DNA of 64,000 nucleotides. Origin: Spirochaetia bacterium (GTDB taxonomy: Bacteria; Spirochaetota; Spirochaetia; UBA9216). The stretch lies in the NCBI GenBank assembly GCA_963675665.1, contig OY776510.1:4320001-4384000 (forward strand), in the 5' to 3' direction. Below, piece by piece: positions 31,527 to 40,192 of the stretch. The notes beneath the pieces are model-generated. The model searched no databases. It worked only from the letters and a program-made list of their open reading frames with translations, and was not told the DNA's origin. The position numbers were made by a program, and so were the translations under genes. How positions within the stretch are numbered: the first letter of the stretch is position 1; every line of letters starts with the position of its first letter.

Positions 31527-31545
31527 TGTAGTCATTTTAACTACA
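31527..31545. promoter_or_regulatory. Inverted repeat TGTAGT-N7-ACTACA, candidate NarL/LuxR-family operator
   Basis: Perfect 6-bp arms, 3 bp after the NarL-type gene stop. It lies upstream of a candidate -10 (TACACT, minus strand, 31477-31482). Confidence 0.55.
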
Positions 31546-31548
31546 GTC

Positions 31549-32181
31549 TTAGATTAATTCATTTTTAATTGTGTAATAAATCAAATCTGCAGAAGACTTC
31601 ATCCGCATTTTGAACAATATTCTGCTGCGGTAAGTCCGCACGGTATTCTCGCTTATGAATAATTTTCTTCCTATCTCCCGGGTTTTTAATCCTTTTCCAA
31701 TAAGTAAAAGTATCTGAAATTCCCTCTCTGATAATTCCTCATGCGGCAAAATTCTTCCCGGGTTCTGCAAATCCCTGGCAAGTTTTTCACTTAATCCTTG
31801 AGAGATATAGACGCCGTCTCTATATATTTTTCTTATTGCATCCAGGATTTTTCTTGAATCGTTTCCCTTGGTTATATAACCGGAAGCTCCTGCTTTTAAA
31901 GCTCTGACTGCATATTGCTTCTCATCATGCATGCTGAGAATCAATACCGGTAAACTCTTGTCAATTTTCTTTACTTCCTTAAGCAAATCCAGACCGGAAT
32001 AGTCGGGAAGACTCAGATCGAGGATCACAACATCAGTGTTTTCAGGATTAAACGATTCCGTAAAATCACCTGCACACGAATAGCTTCCTGTCAGCTCAAT
32101 ATCTTTCTGATCTGAAATCAGCCTTGCAATACCTTCACGAATAAGCTGATGGTCATCAATTATTACAACTTTTATCATCAC
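31549..32181 (-). CDS. NarL/FixJ-family DNA-binding response regulator
   Basis: DDHQLIREG, LDLSLP, ILSMH, and LuxR HTH LSEREFQIL...ISENTVRTYR. Confidence 0.94.
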   Translation of the reverse strand: MMIKVVIIDDHQLIREGIARLISDQKDIELTGSYSCAGDFTESFNPENTDVVILDLSLPDYSGLDLLKEVKKIDKSLPVLILSMHDEKQYAVRALKAGASGYITKGNDSRKILDAIRKIYRDGVYISQGLSEKLARDLQNPGRILPHEELSEREFQILLLIGKGLKTREIGRKLFISENTVRTYRSRILFKMRMKSSADLIYYTIKNELI

Positions 32182-33404
32182 TCATAATATGGAAGACTGA
32201 AAATTATTTCAGTTCCGTTCCCCGGATTACTGATGATTTCAAAATCACCTTCACAGAATAATACTCTTTCCTGCATATTCATGATACCGAAAGAGATCCC
32301 TGATGACGAACCGTTTGTATCAAAACCGCATCCGTTATCTTTAATTGAAAAATTAAGAATATTTCCATTTTTCTCTATACTAATTTTAACATTATCGGCT
32401 TTGGAATATTTGGCAATATTATTAAGAGCTTCCTGAAAAACCCTGAATACTGCAACATTTCTGTCTGCACCCAAATTCAGGTCTTTAACCTTGATATCTT
32501 TGGATATAGAAATTTTAGTATTCTTCTCACACTGTTTAGCAAGCCAAATAACTGCTTCATCCAGATTATATGTATCAAGGATAACAGGCCTGAGATCAAG
32601 CGTCAGCTTTCTTGTTTTTTCCACTACAGAATCAAGCTGCCACCTGATTTCATTTTTCAGCGACTCTGTTTTTTCATTTACCGGAGTATCATTAGAAATG
32701 GAATCTTCCAAAAGCGTCAGCATCATTTCGAGAGCTGTTAACTCCTGCCCAAGATCATCATGGATTTCACGAGCTATGTATGCATTCTGTTCCTCCCTGG
32801 ATTTCTGCAGATGATGAGAAAGCTTTCTTAACTGTTTATGCGATTCTACCAAATCTGTTTGTATTTTTTTATTAATATCTATTTCAGCCCTGAGTTTTTT
32901 TGTAGTCTTGTTAAAATCATTCAGAATAACAAGATTGGCAATTCTCTGTTTTTCATTTTTATCCAATATATCCTGCAGCTCTGAAGTTTTTAATTTTAAA
33001 ATAGTTTCAGCCTCTTTAATTGAAGTAATATCAGTATGTGTTCCGATAATCCTGTGTATATTTTCTTCAGCACCCTTTAAAATCTTTCCCCTGATCAGGA
33101 TATTGATCCAATAACCGTTTTTATGTTCTACCTTTATATCAAACTCAAAAGAAGTTTTTAATTCTTCAAGTGCATGCTTCTGCATATTCATATATTTAAT
33201 TTTACTTTCATCATCCATTTTTTTAATAAATTCATCACTGTCATCAGGAAACTCAGTCTCAAGATATCCCAGCATTGTCTTGCAACCAAAAGAATAATAA
33301 ATCTTGCCGGTTTCAATAATCAATTCAAAAAAACCGATACCTGATGTCTCTTCAACAAGTTTAAGAAGTTCGTACTCTTTAATATTACAATCAGCATCTG
33401 TCAT
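32178..33404 (-). CDS. PAS-HisKA_3 sensor histidine kinase
   Basis: PAS/PAC, IAREIHDDLGQ, QEALNNIAKYS, DNGCGF, FGIMNMQER. Confidence 0.92.
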   Translation of the reverse strand: MTDADCNIKEYELLKLVEETSGIGFFELIIETGKIYYSFGCKTMLGYLETEFPDDSDEFIKKMDDESKIKYMNMQKHALEELKTSFEFDIKVEHKNGYWINILIRGKILKGAEENIHRIIGTHTDITSIKEAETILKLKTSELQDILDKNEKQRIANLVILNDFNKTTKKLRAEIDINKKIQTDLVESHKQLRKLSHHLQKSREEQNAYIAREIHDDLGQELTALEMMLTLLEDSISNDTPVNEKTESLKNEIRWQLDSVVEKTRKLTLDLRPVILDTYNLDEAVIWLAKQCEKNTKISISKDIKVKDLNLGADRNVAVFRVFQEALNNIAKYSKADNVKISIEKNGNILNFSIKDNGCGFDTNGSSSGISFGIMNMQERVLFCEGDFEIISNPGNGTEIIFSLPYYE

Positions 33405-33415
33405 TTTATTCCCGC

Positions 33416-35860
33416 TTATATGATCTCATATTTTGGAGGTTTGTCCATTTCAACAAGAAATTTATTCACCTCCTTTCTTAAATCATTTATAAGTAATTCC
33501 CTGTTAACCGAAGCCTCGTTAAAAATCTCCAACTCTCTCAATGTCTTTCTCATTCTATTTTCAACTTTTTCCTGGTAAACAATTTTTCCTATAATTTCGG
33601 CAGTTATCTTGAGACGTTTTTTTGACTGTTCAATAATAAACGGAGGTCTTGATTTATAAGTGACAGCTGCATCCATTAACCTGTTTTCAGAAACGTTGAA
33701 CAATTCCGAGATTTTTTCAATTTCAGCTTTACTTTCCGGCGGGTTTCCGTAGCCGATATTTATTGCACCGATTATTTCATCCCCGGCAAAAATGGGTTCC
33801 GCATACAGACGAATCCCGCCTGTGCATGTTGTATCAGTGCTTCTGCCGCTCTTTATGGCAGTTAAAGCCGAATCGTTCCAGCAACATTCATGGCATAACC
33901 ATTTTCCGCTGCGAAGCGCTTCTGTATTATCATCCGTGTGACACAATTTTCTGGAAGATTCATCCAGCAGAAGGCACCATTGTGAATAAGAAACACTATA
34001 CGCACTTTTTCCGTCCTTCTCAAAAACCTGAAGCGATGTATCAATAAGCTCCATAATATCATTAGCTAAAAGCTCCAGCATCTTCTTCCCTACACAACAT
34101 AGAATGCTTCCGTCTTTATTCAACTCTGTAATATCTCCGTAATAGGGCCGGCTCTTATTGCCGATTAACTTCTGTTTGTCTGATTTCTCCAGCAGCCATT
34201 CGAATTCCCTCATTTTTAATTCATTCTCTTTCCGTTCGAAGATCGGCCTTGTAGAACCCTGAAACCCTGAGGGCAATCCCATATCATTCAGAATCAATTT
34301 GCCCGAGATCTCAACTGGTACTTCACTTCCGTCTTTATGAAGCATCACAGCTTCAAATGTCGTTGACTTAAAGTTTTTATAGGTTTTTACTGCCTTTGCT
34401 GTTTCAGCAGTCATTTTTATAAATTCTTTTTTTGTTGCATGCTGAAAGAGGAACGTTCCTGTCCATTCTTCCGGCGTATATCCGAAAATTTCGGATATTG
34501 AAGGACTAACATATATGAATTTAAGTTCTAAATCCATCTGCCAGATTATATCTATTGAATTCTCGGCAATTAAACGAAATTTCTCCCTGCTTTCATTCAA
34601 CTCGGAACGATCAATTCCCAAAATAATCGCACCGATTATTTCGTCATTAATGTTTTTAAGAGGATAAAGACTCATTGCCAGATCTATCATTTTATTTTTT
34701 GGGTTTTCAACAATTCTGTTAAAATGAAGAACCTCGCCGGAAAGACACTTGTCAATTTGAGGTTTAAAGAAACTATTATATACGTCCTGTTCAATCACGT
34801 CGGAAACTTTGAGATGAAGAAAATCTGAAACATCCCTTTTATGATATGAAGCATAAAATTTATTGACTGCCAGATATCTATAATCCTTTGAAATAATAGC
34901 GACAGGCTCCGGGATTTTAATTAAAGATTCTCTAAATGAATTTTCCATATTTTCAGTATTGATTCGATGTATTGCCCTGCCTATACTCTTTGCCAAATCA
35001 ATTAGAATTCTTTCCATATCTTTAATGCTTACCAATGAATCATTCACACTTACTACGATTTTACCGTAATGTTCATCACGAAAGCCGATTGTTGAACAAA
35101 AAATACCAACTTCAGAATTATTTTTAACAAAAAAACATTTTTCGCTGCTTTTAACCTTTTCGTTTAAAATAAATCCCGGTTTTCGGCTTTCCGAACCATT
35201 AAAACATGATAAAAACCTGCAGTTATTAAAATCTTCATTCGAAAAATTACGACTTTCACCTTCTACAGCACAGAATCTTCTTTCCATACCTTCCGGGATT
35301 TTTAATATTATTATGGCGCTGTAGAAAACAGCATTTGCAGTAAGGCTGCAGACTAGTTTAGCCGGTAACTTCTCATATTCCAGGGAACCTGCCAGAATAC
35401 TGTTAATCTCATTCTTTGTCTGCAGAATACTGTTTAATTCCAGAAGTCTGTCATTTGCAGCTTTTCTTTCTTTTTCGCTGACAGACAGTTTAATATAGAT
35501 TTCAAAATTAAATTTAAAAGCTTCTTCATCAATAGATTTGCTGATATAACCGTCGGCGCCTGCAACTTTGCCCCTGTTTCTGTCCTCAAGCAAAAAGGAC
35601 TTTCCGGAATACAGCACAACAAGAACATCTGAAAACTCAGGAACAGCTTTAATTTCGCCGCATATGTCAAATCCGTTTTCATTATTCAACAGGATGTCAA
35701 GAATAATAATATCAGGTTTAACATTTGCCAGCAGAGCAAAACATTCGGCCCTTGAAGAGGCTTTATATACTTCATGGTCAAGCGATCTAATCATTCGTTC
35801 AAGCAACATCAGTGTTAATCTATCATCATCAACAACAAGAAACTTAATAGAGTTGTTCAT
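33416..35860 (-). CDS. REC-GAF-PAS-PAS-PocR sensory protein with no catalytic output domain
   Basis: REC ILDILL, two PAS domains, Cys-rich PocR-like region (WC...WLCHECCW...CTGG...PI), and a C-terminal coiled coil RELLINDLRKEVN. Confidence 0.8.
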   Translation of the reverse strand: MNNSIKFLVVDDDRLTLMLLERMIRSLDHEVYKASSRAECFALLANVKPDIIILDILLNNENGFDICGEIKAVPEFSDVLVVLYSGKSFLLEDRNRGKVAGADGYISKSIDEEAFKFNFEIYIKLSVSEKERKAANDRLLELNSILQTKNEINSILAGSLEYEKLPAKLVCSLTANAVFYSAIIILKIPEGMERRFCAVEGESRNFSNEDFNNCRFLSCFNGSESRKPGFILNEKVKSSEKCFFVKNNSEVGIFCSTIGFRDEHYGKIVVSVNDSLVSIKDMERILIDLAKSIGRAIHRINTENMENSFRESLIKIPEPVAIISKDYRYLAVNKFYASYHKRDVSDFLHLKVSDVIEQDVYNSFFKPQIDKCLSGEVLHFNRIVENPKNKMIDLAMSLYPLKNINDEIIGAIILGIDRSELNESREKFRLIAENSIDIIWQMDLELKFIYVSPSISEIFGYTPEEWTGTFLFQHATKKEFIKMTAETAKAVKTYKNFKSTTFEAVMLHKDGSEVPVEISGKLILNDMGLPSGFQGSTRPIFERKENELKMREFEWLLEKSDKQKLIGNKSRPYYGDITELNKDGSILCCVGKKMLELLANDIMELIDTSLQVFEKDGKSAYSVSYSQWCLLLDESSRKLCHTDDNTEALRSGKWLCHECCWNDSALTAIKSGRSTDTTCTGGIRLYAEPIFAGDEIIGAINIGYGNPPESKAEIEKISELFNVSENRLMDAAVTYKSRPPFIIEQSKKRLKITAEIIGKIVYQEKVENRMRKTLRELEIFNEASVNRELLINDLRKEVNKFLVEMDKPPKYEII

Positions 35861-35866
35861 ATTTTA

Positions 35867-35895
35867 ATTATCAGAAATGGCAATGTAATAATCAA
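35867..35895 (-). promoter_or_regulatory. Candidate sigma70 promoter for a leaderless transcript
   Basis: TTGATT-17 bp-GATAAT, 6 nt before ATG 35860; no SD. Confidence 0.5.
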
Positions 35896-35939
35896 GTTTT
35901 TACATTATTTTCTCAATAGTAAAGCGATTATTACATAGT

Positions 35940-37055
35940 TCAGGGCCGGGGTAATTCCGATAAAAGTTTGGTTTGATTCTCCCGGTTGAATTTAAGTTCG
36001 TAATGGAATTTCAGTTTCCGGTAGTAATCAAGCTCGATAAAATCGGTAGGTTTAATTTGTCCGTCCTCTTTCTCAAAATAATTAAGTTCGGAATATTCCA
36101 GTAATTTATACAGAAACTGCGAACAAAACAGGATGTTGGGTTTGACGGAAAGTTTTAAGACCAATCCAAGCATGTTATAGGCGTTTCCAGTCCTGTTTAT
36201 ATCGGCAACTTTTTCAATTAACAGGCGTTTCTGTTCCCTGGGAACTGCCAGCCTGTAAACAATTATAGAGGCATCGTCATTCTTGTTAAACCATTCAATC
36301 ATTTCGGGATTTAATCCAGGGGGATAAAGATTTTCACCGCCGTTGTAACTGATAATGGTTTCAAGATTTGAATCAAACGAGACGGAAACATGGTTATAAA
36401 TCTTTTTCGTAAATAACGATATTATCTTGCTGGCGGAGCTTCCCGTATTTGATAGTACAATATAAATATTTTCATCATTAATAGTATCATAGGCTTTTTC
36501 AAAATATTCAGGAGTCAAAGAGTTTTTATTTATATATCTGAATGAACTATGCCGGGGCAAGTCTTTCATTATCGAAATAATATCATCATAAGTGACTGTT
36601 TCCTTGATCTTCTTTAGATTGCTGATACTGTCTGCAATTGCTTTTCCGTATAAAAACGAATCAGAATAACTGATTGTATCTTTGTCAATAACTGAAGGGA
36701 CATCATAGGAATCATATTTGGTAACAACTACAACCTGTTCTATAATAAAGGGAATAAAAACCAGCACTGCGCCGATAATTTTGCTGAACATCAGGCTGGC
36801 GCCTGTATTTCCCGGTTCAAATATTATCAAAACATTAAAAACCAGTTCAATAACCATTATCCCGGCAAAAATGATAATGAGATAAATTTTGCTTTTTCGA
36901 CTTCCGCCCCGTAATAAGTTTTTAAAAACAATGAAAACAAAAGCAAATATATAAACAAGATTAAATAATATAAAATTGCTGAAAAAAATCAGTACAAACC
37001 CAATAAAAACAGCAGCTAACGGGTACAGTATGTTTTTCATTATTCTAAACTTCAT
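35940..37055 (-). CDS. Membrane protein with C-terminal permuted papain-like (NlpC/P60, YiiX-like) domain
   Basis: About 4 N-terminal TM segments, then YNHVSVSF (His) preceding LFCSQF (Cys). Confidence 0.6.
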   Translation of the reverse strand: MKFRIMKNILYPLAAVFIGFVLIFFSNFILFNLVYIFAFVFIVFKNLLRGGSRKSKIYLIIIFAGIMVIELVFNVLIIFEPGNTGASLMFSKIIGAVLVFIPFIIEQVVVVTKYDSYDVPSVIDKDTISYSDSFLYGKAIADSISNLKKIKETVTYDDIISIMKDLPRHSSFRYINKNSLTPEYFEKAYDTINDENIYIVLSNTGSSASKIISLFTKKIYNHVSVSFDSNLETIISYNGGENLYPPGLNPEMIEWFNKNDDASIIVYRLAVPREQKRLLIEKVADINRTGNAYNMLGLVLKLSVKPNILFCSQFLYKLLEYSELNYFEKEDGQIKPTDFIELDYYRKLKFHYELKFNRENQTKLLSELPRP

Positions 37056-37222
37056 TTTATTCCCTTGATTAATTCTGAACAACACAACCGGTTGATTATA
37101 TGCAACTCACATTACATATCCGATACTCTTTAAAGATTCTACTATCACTTATGACAACTTTCAATATTTTTCCATAGAATCATGATTGACAATATACTGA
37201 CATGTATTTCACCGCCAGTTTT

Positions 37223-37999
37223 CTATCTGCTGCCCATTGATATAATTTCATTCCGGGCCGACTCCTGTAAAATATTTATTTCAGGTTCTCCGTAATAATA
37301 CAGCTTTCCTTTCCCCGACAGCCCCGCCTCAAGATGATCAACAACCCACAAAACCGCGTCTCCTGAAGAACCCAGTTTTACCGACGATGAACAAGCTTTA
37401 AAACTTTCCCCGAAAAAACTTCCTGATGAAGAAACCTTCAGATTCAGATGTCCTGTTTCTCCGGATATGCAAAAATTGCCTGAACTTCTCATATTTACAT
37501 CCATTGTTGAAGAAATTCCGTCCGCAATAAATAAATCTCCCGAAGAATCTATCAGTATTTCAATATCGCCTGCATGAAGAGTACCGATTCTGATACTTCC
37601 CGATGAGGTTGTTTTAATTACCAACTTCTCTGCATTCAGAGATTCCGCTTCAATTGCTCCGGAACTGCTTGTTTCCAGAAAGTATATATCTTTTACATAT
37701 AGAGTAATAACCGGCTCGGCTGTCCTGCGTGTAAAAATGCCGCGATAACCAATATGAAGTGTTTTTCTTTTTACGAAGGATGTTACTCGTCTGACAATCC
37801 CCGGCGGGGCATCTATAGTCATATACTCTTTATTACCTTGCACCAGAATCAGCTTTCCAGCTGTTTCGAATGATACATTATTGAATCCGCTTACATCACG
37901 TTCGCTTTTTTCCCGGGAACCTGAAGCCTGAACTGATACGGTAACAAAAAAAAACAGGCAGAATATTATTATACAGAGCGCTGCAGACGGTAATTTCAT
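37223..37999 (-). CDS. Exported DUF2807 / GIN-domain beta-repeat protein
   Basis: Signal peptide, ERDVSGFNNV, repeated xSSGx motifs, YYGEP. Confidence 0.8.
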   Translation of the reverse strand: MKLPSAALCIIIFCLFFFVTVSVQASGSREKSERDVSGFNNVSFETAGKLILVQGNKEYMTIDAPPGIVRRVTSFVKRKTLHIGYRGIFTRRTAEPVITLYVKDIYFLETSSSGAIEAESLNAEKLVIKTTSSGSIRIGTLHAGDIEILIDSSGDLFIADGISSTMDVNMRSSGNFCISGETGHLNLKVSSSGSFFGESFKACSSSVKLGSSGDAVLWVVDHLEAGLSGKGKLYYYGEPEINILQESARNEIISMGSR

Positions 38000-38090
38000 T
38001 TTTTCAATTCCTTTATTTCAATTCCTGATACTCGAAATCTTCAATATTTATTTTTAATTTGGATTATAGCAGATAGTATCACTTGAAAAA

Positions 38091-38104
38091 TTAACATAAG
38101 TTTA
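38091..38104. promoter_or_regulatory. Candidate Crp/Fnr-type site TTAAC-N4-GTTTA
   Basis: One mismatch from the palindrome TTAAC-N4-GTTAA. It sits just after the crp-family stop and upstream of the DUF2807 gene. Confidence 0.4.
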
Positions 38105-38107
38105 TTT

Positions 38108-38707
38108 TCAGTTCTTTTTTAATCCTCTCCTGATCCGGCTTAAAGTGACTGGACTTATACCCAGGAATGAAGCGATATGATATTGTCGGATGCGTTTTTC
38201 AATATCAGGGTATCTTTCAAGCAGATTTCTGTATCGCGTTTCTGCATTTTCAGACAGCAATTCTTTTTCCCTTTTTTCCTTTTCATTATAAATTTCCTCC
38301 ATATACTTTGTGTTTATAATCTGCCAGCAGATATTACCCTGTAACATTTTCTTATAGTCATTCAAGGAGATATATAATAAAACCGCTTCCTCCATTGCCT
38401 GAATGCTGAACCATGAACGCTGATTCTCAAGCGATGAATTAAACGCCGACAGGAACCGGCCTTCTTCCCGAAAAGCAAGGGTTTTATCCTCGGCCGATTC
38501 TGAAATGAAAAAAACCCGGAAAATTCCTGAAGCAATAAAGGCAACCTTATCCGGAATATCGCCTGCCTTTAAAAAAAAATCATTTTTACCAAGATACATC
38601 AATTTATGTAAGCCTAAAACTTTTTCCCATTCTTCGGATGGAACATCGGTAAAATTGCTTACAACCGAATTAAAACGTTCATACCAGATTTTTTTGCCAT
38701 TTTGCAT
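38108..38707 (-). CDS. Crp/Fnr family transcriptional regulator
   Basis: cNMP-binding-like domain and HTH QYHIASFLGISPVTLSRIR. Start uncertain (38707 or 38716). Confidence 0.88.
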   Translation of the reverse strand: MQNGKKIWYERFNSVVSNFTDVPSEEWEKVLGLHKLMYLGKNDFFLKAGDIPDKVAFIASGIFRVFFISESAEDKTLAFREEGRFLSAFNSSLENQRSWFSIQAMEEAVLLYISLNDYKKMLQGNICWQIINTKYMEEIYNEKEKREKELLSENAETRYRNLLERYPDIEKRIRQYHIASFLGISPVTLSRIRRGLKKN

Positions 38708-38800
38708 AGAAAACATATTATATAATTTTTTTTTACGGAGCAATATAAATAACCTTCCATTCCACGCTGTGCACGTGACCGGTTTATTTTTAGTTTTGGG

Positions 38801-38830
38801 GATATTTAAAAACTGCAGTTTTTAGATATC
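38801..38830. repeat. 30-bp near-perfect palindrome GATATTTAAAAACTGCAGTTTTTAGATATC (REP-like or terminator)
   Basis: 15-bp arms with one mismatch, downstream of lacI. Confidence 0.6.
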
Positions 38831-38893
38831 TTCCTTGAATGTAATGCAATGAATAATCGAAATTAATGTAATTATCCATTATATAACACAGTA

Positions 38894-39907
38894 CTAATTC
38901 AGTTTTTTTACAGAGCCCCTGATGATTAATTTTACAGGCAAACAGATTCCCTGTGGAATCGAATGGGACTCTTTATTATTGATTTTTTCAAGTAAAAGCG
39001 AAGCTCCGATTTTACCCATCTCATTTGTGGCCCGGCTGATTACCGTTACTTTAGGATTTGAGAATTTAGCCAGCTCATTATCGTCAAACCCGACAAGAGA
39101 TATATCTTTACCCAGTTCTATGTCTAAGTTATGTATGGCTTTTAATATGCCGCGGCAAATATTTTCATTGGCGGCAAAAATAGCAGTTGGCGGATCCTCC
39201 ATATTTAGAAGGTCTTTTGTGTTGTTATATCCGTCAGATTCAGTCCAGTCGCAAATGCGTATATATTTATCGTCCGGTTTTATATCATATTCTCTCATAG
39301 CCTGGTCAAATCCCCAATACCGCTCCTGACCTACATTCAGTTCTTTAGGGCCGGTAATAATTGCAATTTTTTTATGTCCCATTTTTATCATATGCTCAAC
39401 AGCAATATAAGATCCCCGGAAATTATCAACTGAGACAGAATCAAAGGAATAATCATTATTAAAACGATCAACGAAAACAATTGGTTTTGAATAATCAGTG
39501 TAGAATGACAGATCCGGAGTAGATGGAATAACTATGGCGCCGTCTACAGACCTGCCCATTGTTCCATTAATAAAAGCATGTTCTTCCAGGCTGCTTCCGT
39601 TGCTCGAAAAAACCATGGTAAAAAATCCCTGGCTTTTAGCAATTTCTTCAATACCCTGGACAACACTTAGAAAGAACGGTGTATTCAAATCCGGAACAAG
39701 TGCAACAATCACCTTTGACTGCTTTTTCACTATGGATACCGCAGCATAATTTGGCACGTAGTTCATTTTTTTTACGGCATCAAGAACTTTTTTTCTTGTC
39801 TCATCGCTTACCCTGTCTCTTCCGTTCATAACCCGTGAAACAGTCGATACAGAGAGATTAAGCATTCTGGCAACATCTGTTATGGTCGGCGCTTTTTTCA
39901 TTTCCAC
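38894..39907 (-). CDS. LacI family transcriptional regulator
   Basis: TITDVARMLNLSVSTVSRVMN, YVPN, SLVGFDD. Confidence 0.95.
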   Translation of the reverse strand: MEMKKAPTITDVARMLNLSVSTVSRVMNGRDRVSDETRKKVLDAVKKMNYVPNYAAVSIVKKQSKVIVALVPDLNTPFFLSVVQGIEEIAKSQGFFTMVFSSNGSSLEEHAFINGTMGRSVDGAIVIPSTPDLSFYTDYSKPIVFVDRFNNDYSFDSVSVDNFRGSYIAVEHMIKMGHKKIAIITGPKELNVGQERYWGFDQAMREYDIKPDDKYIRICDWTESDGYNNTKDLLNMEDPPTAIFAANENICRGILKAIHNLDIELGKDISLVGFDDNELAKFSNPKVTVISRATNEMGKIGASLLLEKINNKESHSIPQGICLPVKLIIRGSVKKLN

Positions 39908-39929
39908 TCTTGTTTTATCAGATGATCAA

Positions 39930-39958
39930 ATTATATAAATATTGATACCCAATGTCAA
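39930..39958 (-). promoter_or_regulatory. sigma70 promoter of the lacI-family gene
   Basis: Perfect TTGACA-17 bp-TATAAT on the minus strand. Confidence 0.85.
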
Positions 39959-39974
39959 GTGGAAACGTTTTTAT
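39959..39974. promoter_or_regulatory. LacI-type operator (secondary) GTGGAAACGTTTTTAT
   Basis: 13/16 match to the primary operator, with a central CG; abuts the lacI -35. Confidence 0.7.
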
Positions 39975-40052
39975 ACTAAAAACAGCAAAAAAAAGAAAAT
40001 ATTGGCAAATATTAGGCTAATAACAGGCTGTAAACAATAAAAATATTTGTTA

Positions 40053-40081
40053 TTGACAAATATCAGGGCCTACCCTATAAT
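40053..40081 (+). promoter_or_regulatory. sigma70 promoter of the sugar ABC/GH172 operon
   Basis: Perfect TTGACA-17 bp-TATAAT. Confidence 0.88.
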
Positions 40082-40087
40082 ATTCCA

Positions 40088-40103
40088 GTAAAAACGTTTT
40101 TAC
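40088..40103. promoter_or_regulatory. LacI-type operator GTAAAAACGTTTTTAC
   Basis: Perfect 16-bp palindrome with a central CG, overlapping the predicted +1. Confidence 0.85.
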
Positions 40104-40192
40104 AAGATTCCTGTTTTACAATGGTTATATCTAAAATCACTGTAAATTTCAGACACAAAAGATTTCTATCAGGCCTTACAGAGGATTAAAAC

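Noticed and set aside
37330-37680. Periodic repeats in the DUF2807 gene
   Set aside because: Protein-level xSSG beta-helix repeats with no identical DNA repeats or spacers; not CRISPR.
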